Shown here one piece after another: positions 41,701-53,700 of a DNA stretch of 64,000 nucleotides (within the stretch, counting starts at the first letter, position 1; every line of letters begins with the position of its first letter). Both the position numbers and the translations under genes were made by a program. The stretch covers positions 1 through 64,000 of the forward strand of contig KZ538169.1 of assembly GCA_000934665.2 (NCBI GenBank). The letters run 5' to 3'. The notes below the pieces were generated by a model, which did not search any database, had not been told where the DNA came from, and saw only the letters and a program-made list of their open reading frames with translations. Source of the stretch: Catajapyx aquilonaris (Eukaryota).

Positions 41701-44700
41701 TGGTCCTACTCGCGAGCTGTAAACGTGTGCTCCAAGCTTTCCAAAGCGTGAGCGTGAGCGAGCAGCCCATACTTGAACCAAATTCGACAGTTGACGCTAA
41801 AAGGTCTAGAATTTTCTCGGAAAATATTGTTCTCTGGAGCTTCAATGTCTTCCAAACTTTCAGAGGCGTGAGCCGAGAAGGCAATACTGGAACATCATTC
41901 GACAGTTGACGCTTTTAAAATGCCGAATTCGCTCAATATTAGTCCTACTCACGCATGTTCCAAGCTTTCGAAAGCTCAAGCGTGAGGGAGAAGCCCATTA
42001 CTTGAACCCCATTCGACAATTCACGCAAAAGTGTCGAAATTCGCTCGGAAAATATTGTTCTCGCGAGATTTAATGTTTTACAAGCTTTCAAAGTCGTGAG
42101 CGAGAAGGCAATACTGGAACCCCATTCGACAGTTATTGACGCTGAAATTCGCTCACAAATTGTCGTTCTCGCTAAGTACGGGTCTGCTTCGGGCGAGGGG
42201 TTATTCACTAAGGGTAGTCCGTGTACACCTTCGTGGGTAGTCCGGGGGCAGTCCGAGTAGTCCGGTAGTCCGTATACGCAAAATAATAATAATAAAAAAA
42301 TGTACGTGAAAACTCCTCAGTTGCGGGGTTTCGAAAACGTGAGCGTGAGCGAGAACCCCACATTGGAATCCAATTCCACAACTGGCGGTAAAAGGTGGCG
42401 AATTCGCTCGAAAATCTCGCAAGCGTGGAAACACATCCTGATTGCAAAATGCCATTTTGAAATTGAAAATGTCGAGCATAAAAGCCGTAAGTGCTGCCGT
42501 GTTTTCAACGCTCGTTTCATGCAACAAGCCAGCTTATGAACAAGCACCAGTATAATTATGCCGACGTACCCATTTGGTATGTACGCCGGGAGGCATACTC
42601 TTCCCGCAAACCACGCGCAATTCAAGGCCATAGGCGAATATACTTTTTTTTATAAATATCATCCGCTCCCCCGTTAAAATGGCGCCCAACGTGTACCAAC
42701 CGAAAGTAATTACATGCTTAGTAAGCCATAAATCGAGAGGACAAGAGCGTGACAGGTGTCGCTGCAAATTCGTCCATTAAAGCGGCCCTCGCAATTTGCG
42801 AAGAAGGACATAAATCCCATCCCTGGAGTATTCCCAGCGTAAATCTCTGGAATCCGGCAGAATGCTGGCGGGATTGGCCCGTTGCACCGATGGCCGATAG
42901 TCGTGTCGATACCGCACTGGAATTTTTGGAAGTGGTCCACATCTCCTTTTCCAGGGATTTATAGAGCCTTGTTTCCGACCAATAAGCTGGCTGGGTTCTG
43001 ACGTCACTGTGAAAAAAATGTGAGGGACTTCCCCGGACCCCCGAATTTGCATGGAGAGTGCTTAGGTTTGGGTTTTGGGAGGCCGAAGCGACGTGTATTT
43101 TGATTCAATTTGCATAGGACCGGGTCTGCCTCTAGCACTTGCCAAATGTGGCTAAATTTATCAACAGTTACAATAGTGTGTCCAGATTCATGCTAATGCT
43201 TGCACAATTATTTATTTTTTTACTACGTGTTGGCTGAGGTGATGACTTGCTCCGGACAGACTGCCGATTAGCATGTTTCACAGGAATTTCGGTATGGATG
43301 CCCATTGCAAGGCCACAATAACGTTCATTCGGCTTGTGTCACGCCTATGATGATTGACAGTCCGTATGCGGAAAGCAGGTGCTGATACGAAAGAGCCGTT
43401 ATTATTGGCCTATGAGGTCGCGAATGGAGTGAAAAGATGAATAGTTCATAGTGCAGATTGCGCCAGAGTCTATATTGAAGGGCGATGTTCCGGGTGATAG
43501 AGCCGCATTTCCCTTCCCCCCCGTTTTTCCATCATTTTGATACCGAGGAGACACAGGGGGGACAGGTGAAGTGACAGAGACGAGATTCCGATAACGTCGT
43601 CGGAGGCGCCATCTGGGGACTCCCTTCCAAATAACTCCCAATCTCGCTCCTGTCCCCGCCGCCACCCTGATTCCCACCCTCCTGACGAAATGAAGCTTGA
43701 GGTAAACAGTTGTCCGGGGCGAGTCATCACTTGAAGTTCGCCAGCTATGCGAGGGGTGGTGGTACTACCTAACAATAATTTTTTGTCGAAATGGAAAAGC
43801 TCACGCTTTTGGCTCCATTCCAGGTCGCAATTTCGCTCCTCCCCCTTTTCCGCTTTGCATGAGAATAGACCTCCCCACCCCCTCCTTCCCCCTCAATCTC
43901 CAGGCACCCGCTCGGAATGGTTTTCCTACAGATTGGTGGCGTAATCAGCGTTTGAAATGGCCTCCGGAAACATCCGGAGCGTCTGCGAGGGGTTAAGGGG
44001 GAGGGGGGGGGGGAAGGCGGGGAGGGAGGGAAGGAGGGCAAATTGAAAAGCTGGAGGGGGTGAGGTGGGGAGGGTCTGATGGGATTTACATTGCTATTTC
44101 AGGAAAAGGAATGGGGGAATGTAGGTGGTGGGAAATATCGGCATGTATTTGTAAACTGTAGTACCATATCCTCACTTAGATGACTCGCTGCACACTATAC
44201 GGTATTAAGGGCTGTTTACAGTGCTGGCCATATATCGAGGCAACCGCCAGCGACATTTTTCCGAAGCGGCAGAAGAAGTAATCGAAGATAAGCATGCTAC
44301 AAGCAGGGCGAGCAAGATTCCTTCTTCTGCCGCTTCGGAAAAATGTCGCTGGCGGTTGCCTCGATATATGGCCAGCACTGTACAAGCTCACGATATGAGA
44401 CTCGGTCGCACTACCGGACGTTTTGCGACCGACAGAAATCTGAAGTGAGTTAGGTATCCCGGACAAACATACATAGATACCAACAAACTTTCCCCGTTTA
44501 TAAGTACAGAGTTTGCTGAGAGGTCATTGTTGTGAACAGGTGGTCTGACCAGTTTTCTTGTTTCCAGATCGAGGATGCCATGTTGATGTTTGACAAGCAG
44601 ACGAACCGACATCGAGGTGAGTACTCTGAACAGTCTTCAGGTCTGCTACCTTACTCCTTTGACTGTACCCTTCCCGTATCCCAAAAGAACAAAATGGCGA

Positions 44701-47700
44701 GCAGAAGGTTCTGAGTACAATAGAAAAGCGTTTTCTTTATTGGAGACATAAATAGGGATTGTGATGGGTTTCCGATTTCCTCCAGGCCTGCTGGTGTGGC
44801 CCTCTAGGATCGATCCGCCATTTTTTTTTTTTTTTTTACCCCCTCTGGTGCAGGGTGACCCCCACAAAGTCGGGCTCCTGGCCAGCTCCTCTTGCTTACA
44901 AAAGTCTGATCCTAGACTCTAATCACTTGATCCTCACTTGCTATCAACAAATCAATCATTTTTGGGGGGAAGACATTCAGGCTGGCCCGGTGGAAATAGC
45001 GCCTTTTTGGGAGTTAGCTGCTTGTTGTAGCAGTTATAAATAGTACATTCTATTACGGAAGTTGCTTCAGTTAAAGCAGTTATCAAATGTGGTTTGTGGA
45101 AGTAAACTGCTTATTTTGAGCGGTTGTAATGCATTAGTTGCTACTTTGAGGCAGTAAACTGCTTATTTTGAGCGGCTATAAATCCTCAGTTGATACTTTG
45201 AGGAAGCTGCTTATTTTTGAGCGGTTGTAAGGCATTAGTTACTGCTTTTAGAAAGTAAGTTGTTTAATTTCACTAGTTATGGAATATTGATTCGTATGTA
45301 TGGAAGTAACCTGATTATTTTTAAGAGTAATAAAATAATAGTCGTTGGGTAAGCAGCTTGACTCTAAACAGTTACAAGATATTAGTTACTTTCTGGAGCA
45401 AGTTCTTAATTTCCATTAGTTATGAAACACCGGTCTATGCTTGTAAGTAGCCTGATTATTTTAAAGCAGTAATGAAATAATAGTTGCTGCGGGATAGGAT
45501 GCTTAACTTTAAACGGTTATAAGGTTACTCTTAGGGAGCCAGCTATTAATTTCCAATAGTTATAAAATATTTGTTGATACACTTACAAGTAACGTGATTA
45601 TTTTTAATAAGTAATAAAATGTCGCTCTTGAGGATGAGCTGCTTAACTTTGAACGGTTAAATGACGTTAGTTCCTACTATTGGACTCTTGGAGATAAGTT
45701 GCTTCACTTTCAGGAGTTATAAATATTAGTTATTCTAAGGAGTTAAAAGTTATGAAATATTCCTGCTTTTTGGGAGTAGCTTCATTTTCAGTAAAAATAT
45801 TTGTTAGGAAGTAACCTGCTTATTTTAAGCTGTTATAAATATTAGTTGCTGCTTTCAGGGACTTGATCAATTATGAAATATTGCTGCCTTTTGGAAGTAA
45901 CTTAATATTCAGGAGTGATAAAATATTGATGCATTGGATGTAACCTGATTTTAAGCAGTTATAAATATTAGTTCCCACTTTCAGGGAGTTTAGCTGTAAT
46001 GAAATATTGGTTCTTTTTGGAAGTTACTTAATTCTCAGTGGTTAAAAATATTTGTTGGTAAATTGGAGATAACCGTATTGTTTTAAGCGATTATAAATAT
46101 TTGTTGGTAAAATAATACTGTTATCTCAAATATACCAACAAACATTTTTAATCACTGAGAATTAAGTTTTTTTATTTATTTTTTTATTATTATGTACCCC
46201 GTTGTGGGCCTAAGCCCTATAGGGGGATGGCTCACCACCATCAGTTTTCTATGTGTATTACACTTTTCGTCATACACCGGTGCAAGGAGTCAAGGATGTC
46301 GGGTAAGGGAAGGGATTTTTGGGGAGGGAACGTAGGTGCAAGTGCAATGTCTACAACTGGGTCATGTGCTGTCCCCCAGGAGGTTAGGTTGCCAGACACC
46401 TCCTTGGTGCAGGTCAGAGACCCTCCTGACGCAGGCGAAAGGAAAGTTCCCCAGGCGCTCAGCAAGCCGTGACGTTACCATCACGGCCACCACACCTCCC
46501 CCACTGAGAATTAAGTTACTTATATGTTGGAGGTAACCGGATTATTTTAAGGGGTTATAAATTAGTTGCTACTTTTTGGAAGTTAATGCTTAGTTATAAA
46601 ATACAGTAAAATTGGCGGTAGGGGCGCACTATTGTCCAAAAAAATGCCCTGGCGCAATCTCACCCCACTTGACGGCATTTGTTGAAATGTATGGAAGTAA
46701 ACTGCTTATGTTAAGCAGTTATAAAATAGTAGTTACTAATATTTTAGACCCATGATCAGATCCCGGACCATGTTTTCAATCAGCTAACGAGCCCATTGTG
46801 GTGTCGAGTTTCAACCCGTAAGGTCCGCCATTTTGGCTCCATTTTTTGGGGCCCGACTTCTTAATTCTGTTCCGGGGGAGGATATCCGAAGAAGGGGGCG
46901 TAACTGACGTGATCCTTTTGAAGGCAAGTACAGGATCAAACCTTTTGAGGCTTTGGAGCCATTACCTAATGAGACGAAGGGGGGTGGCCCCAAGGGGGGG
47001 CTTAATTGGATGGTTCCAACGGGGCCCCTGCCCCCCTCCGATTCCATTTGATCAGAGATGAAAGAGCGTGGCGTTCATCCTGCGGACGGCAGGTGGCGGC
47101 AGTGGATGATTAGAATAAATAGCATTTTATAAATATGCGAGAGGTCAGGCCAAGCTCCTTGTCCTGGTCTTCGTCTAAGATTGTCCTCACTGACAGGACA
47201 CGTGTCCCGTGGCAATCTCGGGACTAATTTTAACCCCGGAGCAGCTGCTGTTTTTTATGGACATATGCGCCATAGTCCTGGCGGTGTTGATAGATGGCAC
47301 GACCCACTTTGGCTCAAAACGGGCCAGATTTATTTAATATAGGGTTTAACTATTTGCAAATTAAAAACCGCCACAGTCCTAACGAATTACTAGCTCGACA
47401 GTCCGTTAAACAAAAGAACGATCTGACGTCATGTTCAGCCCCGCCTCCACCTGTGTCTCCTATCATATCTCCGAATTGCTCTGCAAGACGGATACACGCC
47501 TGTAGGTAAAAGTGAGGGTCCTCCCGATAAGAAAGGGTAGCCCCAAGTGGCTGACACTACTGTGTCAGAGTTACGACAACCAGACCACGAAGGCCCTGGA
47601 CCCATCTCATCATCCACAATATTATACAATAGCTAACACTATTAGAGTAACAGCTAGTCGAGCGTACAGAAATAAAATAACCACTACTGGATTTCTGCGA

Positions 47701-50700
47701 AATAACTTTTATTCAAGTACAACCAAGTAAAATAACAGCTAGTCGAGCACGAATAAAATAGCCGCTACTGGAGTTCTGCCAAAAATAGTTTTTACTCAAG
47801 TACAACCAAGTGAAATAGCTTCTACTCGAGTACTGCCAAGTAAAATAACTTATATTTGAATACAACTGAAGTAGCTATAATATGGGGGCATGGTGGTCTA
47901 GTGGCTATGCTACGAGCCAGCCAAGCGGGACGTCCGGGGTCAAATCCCGTCCCCGTCACCTCTGCTTGGTCGGGTCTTTTTCCGCCTTTCACCCGACATG
48001 TCCGGGCAGAATTGCAATCCCTTCTCTGCCCATGGCCAAGATAAAATGCCTGGTGGTTAAGAGGGTCAGGAATGACTAGAAACTAATGGCGCCCTCCCTT
48101 GGGAACCCCCCCCCCCTCTTAAAGGGATCCAAGCCCTATCACGGGGCATCAAAACAAACTAAAGTAGCTATTGCTGAAATACTACCAGGTAATAGGCCCT
48201 ACGTGGGGCCCGGGGTTTAGGGACCTACATGGTCTGGAATAACCCCGTTAATATCTGACTAAGGTAAACCAGCTGCTACTTAGGTTGAATACACCCAGGT
48301 AACATGACGTTACATTACAAACCATGTAAAATAGCTGGTATATGACAGCGACTGAACTGCTACGTGAAGGAGTAACTAAATAACACGATTGAAGTAACTT
48401 CCCCTTCTCGTACAGAGGAGCAGTGTAGCGTGGAATGGTCGCGTCCAAAAAGCGCGAACAAAACGGTGCGAGATAGCCAGCGAATCGATACTACCGGTCG
48501 GGGGTAGGATTGGGCCTAAAAGAGAGTTGGAGGGTTGAGGGTTGAAAAGGTGGGTGGTGTAGGTGGAAAATCATAGGGGGGGTGTCCGCTGCCCTGACGT
48601 GGTCATTAAAGGGAGGAACGTGGCCGTCAGATCCAAATGATGATGGATGGAGCTGGCCAAAAAGCCAGGGTTACCAGGGAACTGCTACTCTCAAAAAAAG
48701 AAGAAAAAAAACCTACTTTTTCGGATCCAATCAGGGTCCCGAAAGAGTTCGGTCCACACCGGGGGGTTGGGCTTTAAAAAAACTAGAGCTAGTTTTGGAA
48801 AAGTTTTGTGACGTCACGGCTTCGAAGATGTAACGGTTCCGTTTTGTGAGAGGTCAATTGAATCGGAAGTTTACCTGTCCTAACCTAACCTTGGGGAATA
48901 GCGCTTATACTTTGAGCGGGAGTTAAGCGTTATTATTGCTTCTAATGCAGTTAGGTCGCAGGTATTGTTATTGTGACGTCGGCACCATTCTGTCAGAAGA
49001 AATCATAGGAGTGGGAGTTGCAGTGTTATTTAAGTTATTTGTTTATTGAGGATCATAATATAGCATTTCTTGAGTCTTAGCATCCAACAGTCCAGTAGCA
49101 GTTATTTTCTAAAAGGTTACTGGCAGCAATTATCTGATGATTCACTAATAGCCGTTACTTTATCTGGGGGTTCACTAACAGAAGTTACTTTATATGGAAG
49201 CCCTCCATAGCCGTTATTTTTGCTTGGATGTTTGCTATAGCAGTTTTTTTGAAGATTCCATAGCAGTTGCTTTACTTGGAAATCCACCAGTAGCCTTTAT
49301 TTTACCTGAACATCCATTGGTGTCAGTTATACCTGGAGGTGTACTGGTGGAAGTTATCTGGAGGTTCACTAATAGCAGTTATTTTATCTGAAAATGGATA
49401 AATTCGTAGCTCTTTACCTGGAGGTCCACCAGCAGCCGTTATTTTACCTGAAAATTCATTAGTAGCAGTTATTTTATCTGAAAGTTTACTGTTAACAGTT
49501 ATTTGGAGGTTCACTAGCAGCAGTCACTTTTTCTGGAAGGGCTCCAGTAGCAGTTATTTTGCCTGGAAGTTTGCTATGATAATTGTCTGGAGTTTCATTA
49601 ATAGCAGTTACTTACTTGAAGTCCACCAGTAGTCATTATTTTATCTGGAAGTTTACTGTTAGCAGTTACCTGGAAATTCACTAACAGCAGTTACTTTATG
49701 TGGAAGGCCTCCTTTGCCTGGAGGTATGCGATAGTTGTCTGGAGGTTCATTATTAGCAGTTATTTACGTGACGTCCACAGTTAGCCGTTATTTTAAGTGG
49801 AAGTTCACTGGTAGCAGCTATTTTCGTAGCGTTCATGCCGCGTTACTTGCAACATTGCCAGGTTGTAACGAACAGTACTGGTTACTTCTATCAACACTGC
49901 GCTCTCGTAATACTGTGGATAGCCCAACAATCCGCCACTTTTTGACCCACATATGACCTGAGTAATGAATGTTGATATTGCAAATTGGAGCCAACAGATG
50001 CCGCCGAGAGCTTTCAGCATGAATTATTTTGCCTGTACATTTCCGTGATGGTTGATCAGGCCGTGTATGGCGCATTGTTTGTTGCGATGCCCGGTAATTG
50101 TTGGACGATGATGGCGAGTGTTGATTTGCGGATCACAAAACAAACGGAAAGCAATTAAACACGGCCAGTATGAAAATTCCGGACGAATATTCGCAAATGT
50201 GTAGATACGGCTTTTTTGCGGGGAGAGAGACAGAATAGTTGGTACGCCCTCCAGCCTGTTAGACCTGGTTGTTTATACCCCCTAGGGCTGGTAGAAAGTG
50301 CGCATAACTCTGGGCAAGTTGCCTAAGAGAGGGGCGGGGCAAAGTTGCGGAAGAAGCAGAAATGCGAGAGGGTGATAAAGCGGCCATCTGGCGGTGGCGT
50401 CTGCATCTCGAGAGTTAGTTCTGAAGAGCCAGCCTCCCCTCACAGTATTACCAATCCAAAATACAGACACTCCGTAATCTGGATGGGGTTGGAGGACTCC
50501 AGGGTGTCACAAGTGGGATCATTGCATATTCCTGTAGGTACTTCAGAAACCGCGCAGTCATTCCATTGGGAGAATTCGGGTATTACCCCAGGGTTGGCTA
50601 CACTGACAGGGAACACAAGTTGACAGACAGTCGTGAAATTTCACTCATGCCGGTATAAATCGAGGTCGAAGGGTTGGTGTCATGTGTATGGCTTTTGGGT

Positions 50701-53700
50701 GACCGCACCTGGTGGCCATGCCAGGCACAGTACAGTGTTGGTCATACACTATATCGAGGCAACTGCCAGCGACATATTCCGAAGCGGCAGAAGAAGGAAT
50801 CGAAGATAAGCATACTTACAAGCCGGGCGAGCAAGATTCCTTCTTCTGCCGCTTCGGAAAATGTCGCTGGCGGTTGCCTCGATATATGACCAACACTGTA
50901 CGTCCCATTCGCCTGAAGCGAGCGTTTAATATATATGTGTGTATGCTCATACTGTCCGTCTTGTGCGCCGCAACAAACGTTATTGTGGCGTTCCTATTTT
51001 TACCTAAATTCCTGCCGGACAGTACAAATACCAGGCCTGCGTTGAATAATTTCCTGCACTGTCATGTCACCGGTATTATTGTCTTCCCGATTAAGAATTA
51101 AAAGTGACACCTGAACCGGACACATGACATCTGCTATTAAGGCAACGACGCAATTGCAGCCGTTTTAATTATGAAGTGTCCACTCCTGACCTTTTCACCC
51201 GAGCCGTGATTGGCTAGTGTCACAGACCTTAAAACACATCTCTTATCTCCCAACAGGGTTTGGCTTCGTGACGTTCCAGAGCGAGGATGTGGTGGACAAG
51301 GTGTGCGAAATCCACTTCCACGAGATCAACAATAAAATGGTGAGTTTGAACGACGGAATATGTGACGACGCCATTTTTGGCCCTGCATTTATGTGTATAA
51401 AGGACGAAGTTTTGTCGGGCCCAGTCCCCTGCAACTTATGGTGGCGATAGCGTACTTAGAGAGTCTCCGCTGGCGCCTGCGTCACTCACTGGGATCTGCA
51501 GGTTGCCAGGCGCACTCGGGCGGACGCCTTCTGAACCAAACCGCAGTACAGAACCCTCAACCCCCGTCCGCAGATTCAGCCAGCAGCCACCTGAATGCGC
51601 CTGGCAACCCGCTGGGGACAGTGAGCGACGCCAGCGCCAAATTCCAGGCTGGCGAAGACTTGCAAAGTGACTTACCGTATCGTAGGAGTTGCGAGGGACC
51701 TTGTCGGGGCTACCTAAGCCACTTTCAGACTACTGAGAGTTCTGTAACTTGGCACACTGACAGCAGTCCGGACCTTGATTGTGTGAAACGTCCCAAATTC
51801 CACAGTGGTTGGTAATAAGACGAGTTATGGACGAATCTATGTTGCATAAGGCAAAGTTTGTATGTATATGCGGGCTACAAACCCACTTCCTGACTACCGA
51901 AAGTGCTGAAACTTGGCACACTGATAGCAGTCCGGACCTTGATTGAAGGAACGGTCCCAAAATCCACAGGGGTTGGTAATAAAGCGAGTTAGGGACGAAT
52001 TTTCACACTTCCGTGGCAATACGGCAATGCCGCACATGAGAGCCGCCATTTTTGGTCCAGCCCCTTTTGTTCGACCCGAGTCAACAATCCGAGTGGCTGA
52101 AACAGGGCTAACTCATCTCCAAGTCATGTCCACTAGGCGAGGGGGCGTCATTAGGGCGCTCACGGAACCGGAAGTAGGCCCCGCCGAATTAAACGCTCCG
52201 GATGAGGGCCCCCCCTTGAAATTCATCTGCAGGTGTGATGGTTGCACGTGGCAGCATCCGTCTCTCTCACGGCCGCCCGAAATTATTTCGGTGACTGCCC
52301 CGAAATTCATTACAGGCCCGGAGCCCTGCATTGATCATATCCGGCCTAAAAACTGCCTTACTTCAGGGCCCGACCTGGTTTTTTAAAAAAATCGCAATTA
52401 GTGCATGCCCATTAAAGCTGTCTCGCACGTCTTCATTTACGATCATAACCAACTGGCATTGGGTTACCGGGCCTAATGAGGTACAACTCGGGTTTTTGGA
52501 CCGGTTCTAATGAGAGGAATGGGCGGCTGTTGGTTAGCGTCTGAGTGGGCCCCATTTAGCATCTGAACGCGTGCAGTTGGTGGGACGCATCAGCGGGACG
52601 ACGGATTTAGTCGAGCGAGTATATTATCGCTAATGTGCTACTAGATGGCGGACCTGAGCTTGTATCGAGTCGTGAAGCAGCCTTGTGCGAGGCTGCTTCC
52701 AAACTGTTATTGAAACTCGAGCACGACTGCTGAGTCAGGAGAGACGACTTCAGGAAGTCAGGTCTCACAAAGTGTTGCAAGCTTGCGAGAATCGGTCCAG
52801 CGTGAGCGAGAAGCGAACAGTGGAACCCCATTGGACAGTTGACGCTAAGAATAGTTTAATTCGGTGGAAAAGTCGTGCTCACGAGCTTTGAAAGATGTGT
52901 TCCAAGCCATCGACAGTTTGAGATTAAGCGAGAAGCGAAAGCTGGACCACCGTTAACGCTAAAAGGCCTATTTAGAAACTGTGAGCTTGAGCGTTGAAGC
53001 TAATACTGGAGCCCCATTCGACAGTTGACCCTTAAAAGTGTCGTCTTTGCTCGAAATATCTCGTTCTCGCTATAACTAGGTGTGTTCCAAGTCATTGAAA
53101 GCGTGAGCGTGAGCGAGAAGCGAACAGTAGACCCCCGTTAAGCAGGTAACGCATAAAAAGTATCGTTCTTGCGAGCTTTAAATGTGTTTCAAGCCTTCGA
53201 AACAGCGTTGAAGCAAATACTGGAACCTAATTGGACAGTAGAGGCTAAGAGGGGTCTAATTCGTTCGTAAATTTTCGTTCTGGCGAACTTCAAATGTTTG
53301 CTTGAGCGAGAAGCTAATATTGGAACCCTGTTCAACAGTTAACGCTAGAAAGTCTCGTTCTCGCGAGCTTTAAATGAGCGTTTCAAGAATTCAAGCTATA
53401 GAAAGCGTGAGCGTGAGCTAATGCTGGAACCCCATTGGACAGTAGACGCTAATTCGTTCGTAAATTTTTGTTCTCGCTAGCATTACATGTATGTTCCAAG
53501 CTTTCGAAAGCGTGAGCGATAAGCTAATACTGGAACCCAACTCGACAGTTGACGCTAAGAATTATATAATTCGGTGGAAAAGTCTCGTTCCGGCAAGCTT
53601 TAATGACGTGCTCCTAAGCTAGCTCGATTTTTCGAGCGAATTTCTCACTTTTGAGCGTCAGCTGTCGAACAGGCTTGCAATATTGGCTTCTCGCCCACGC

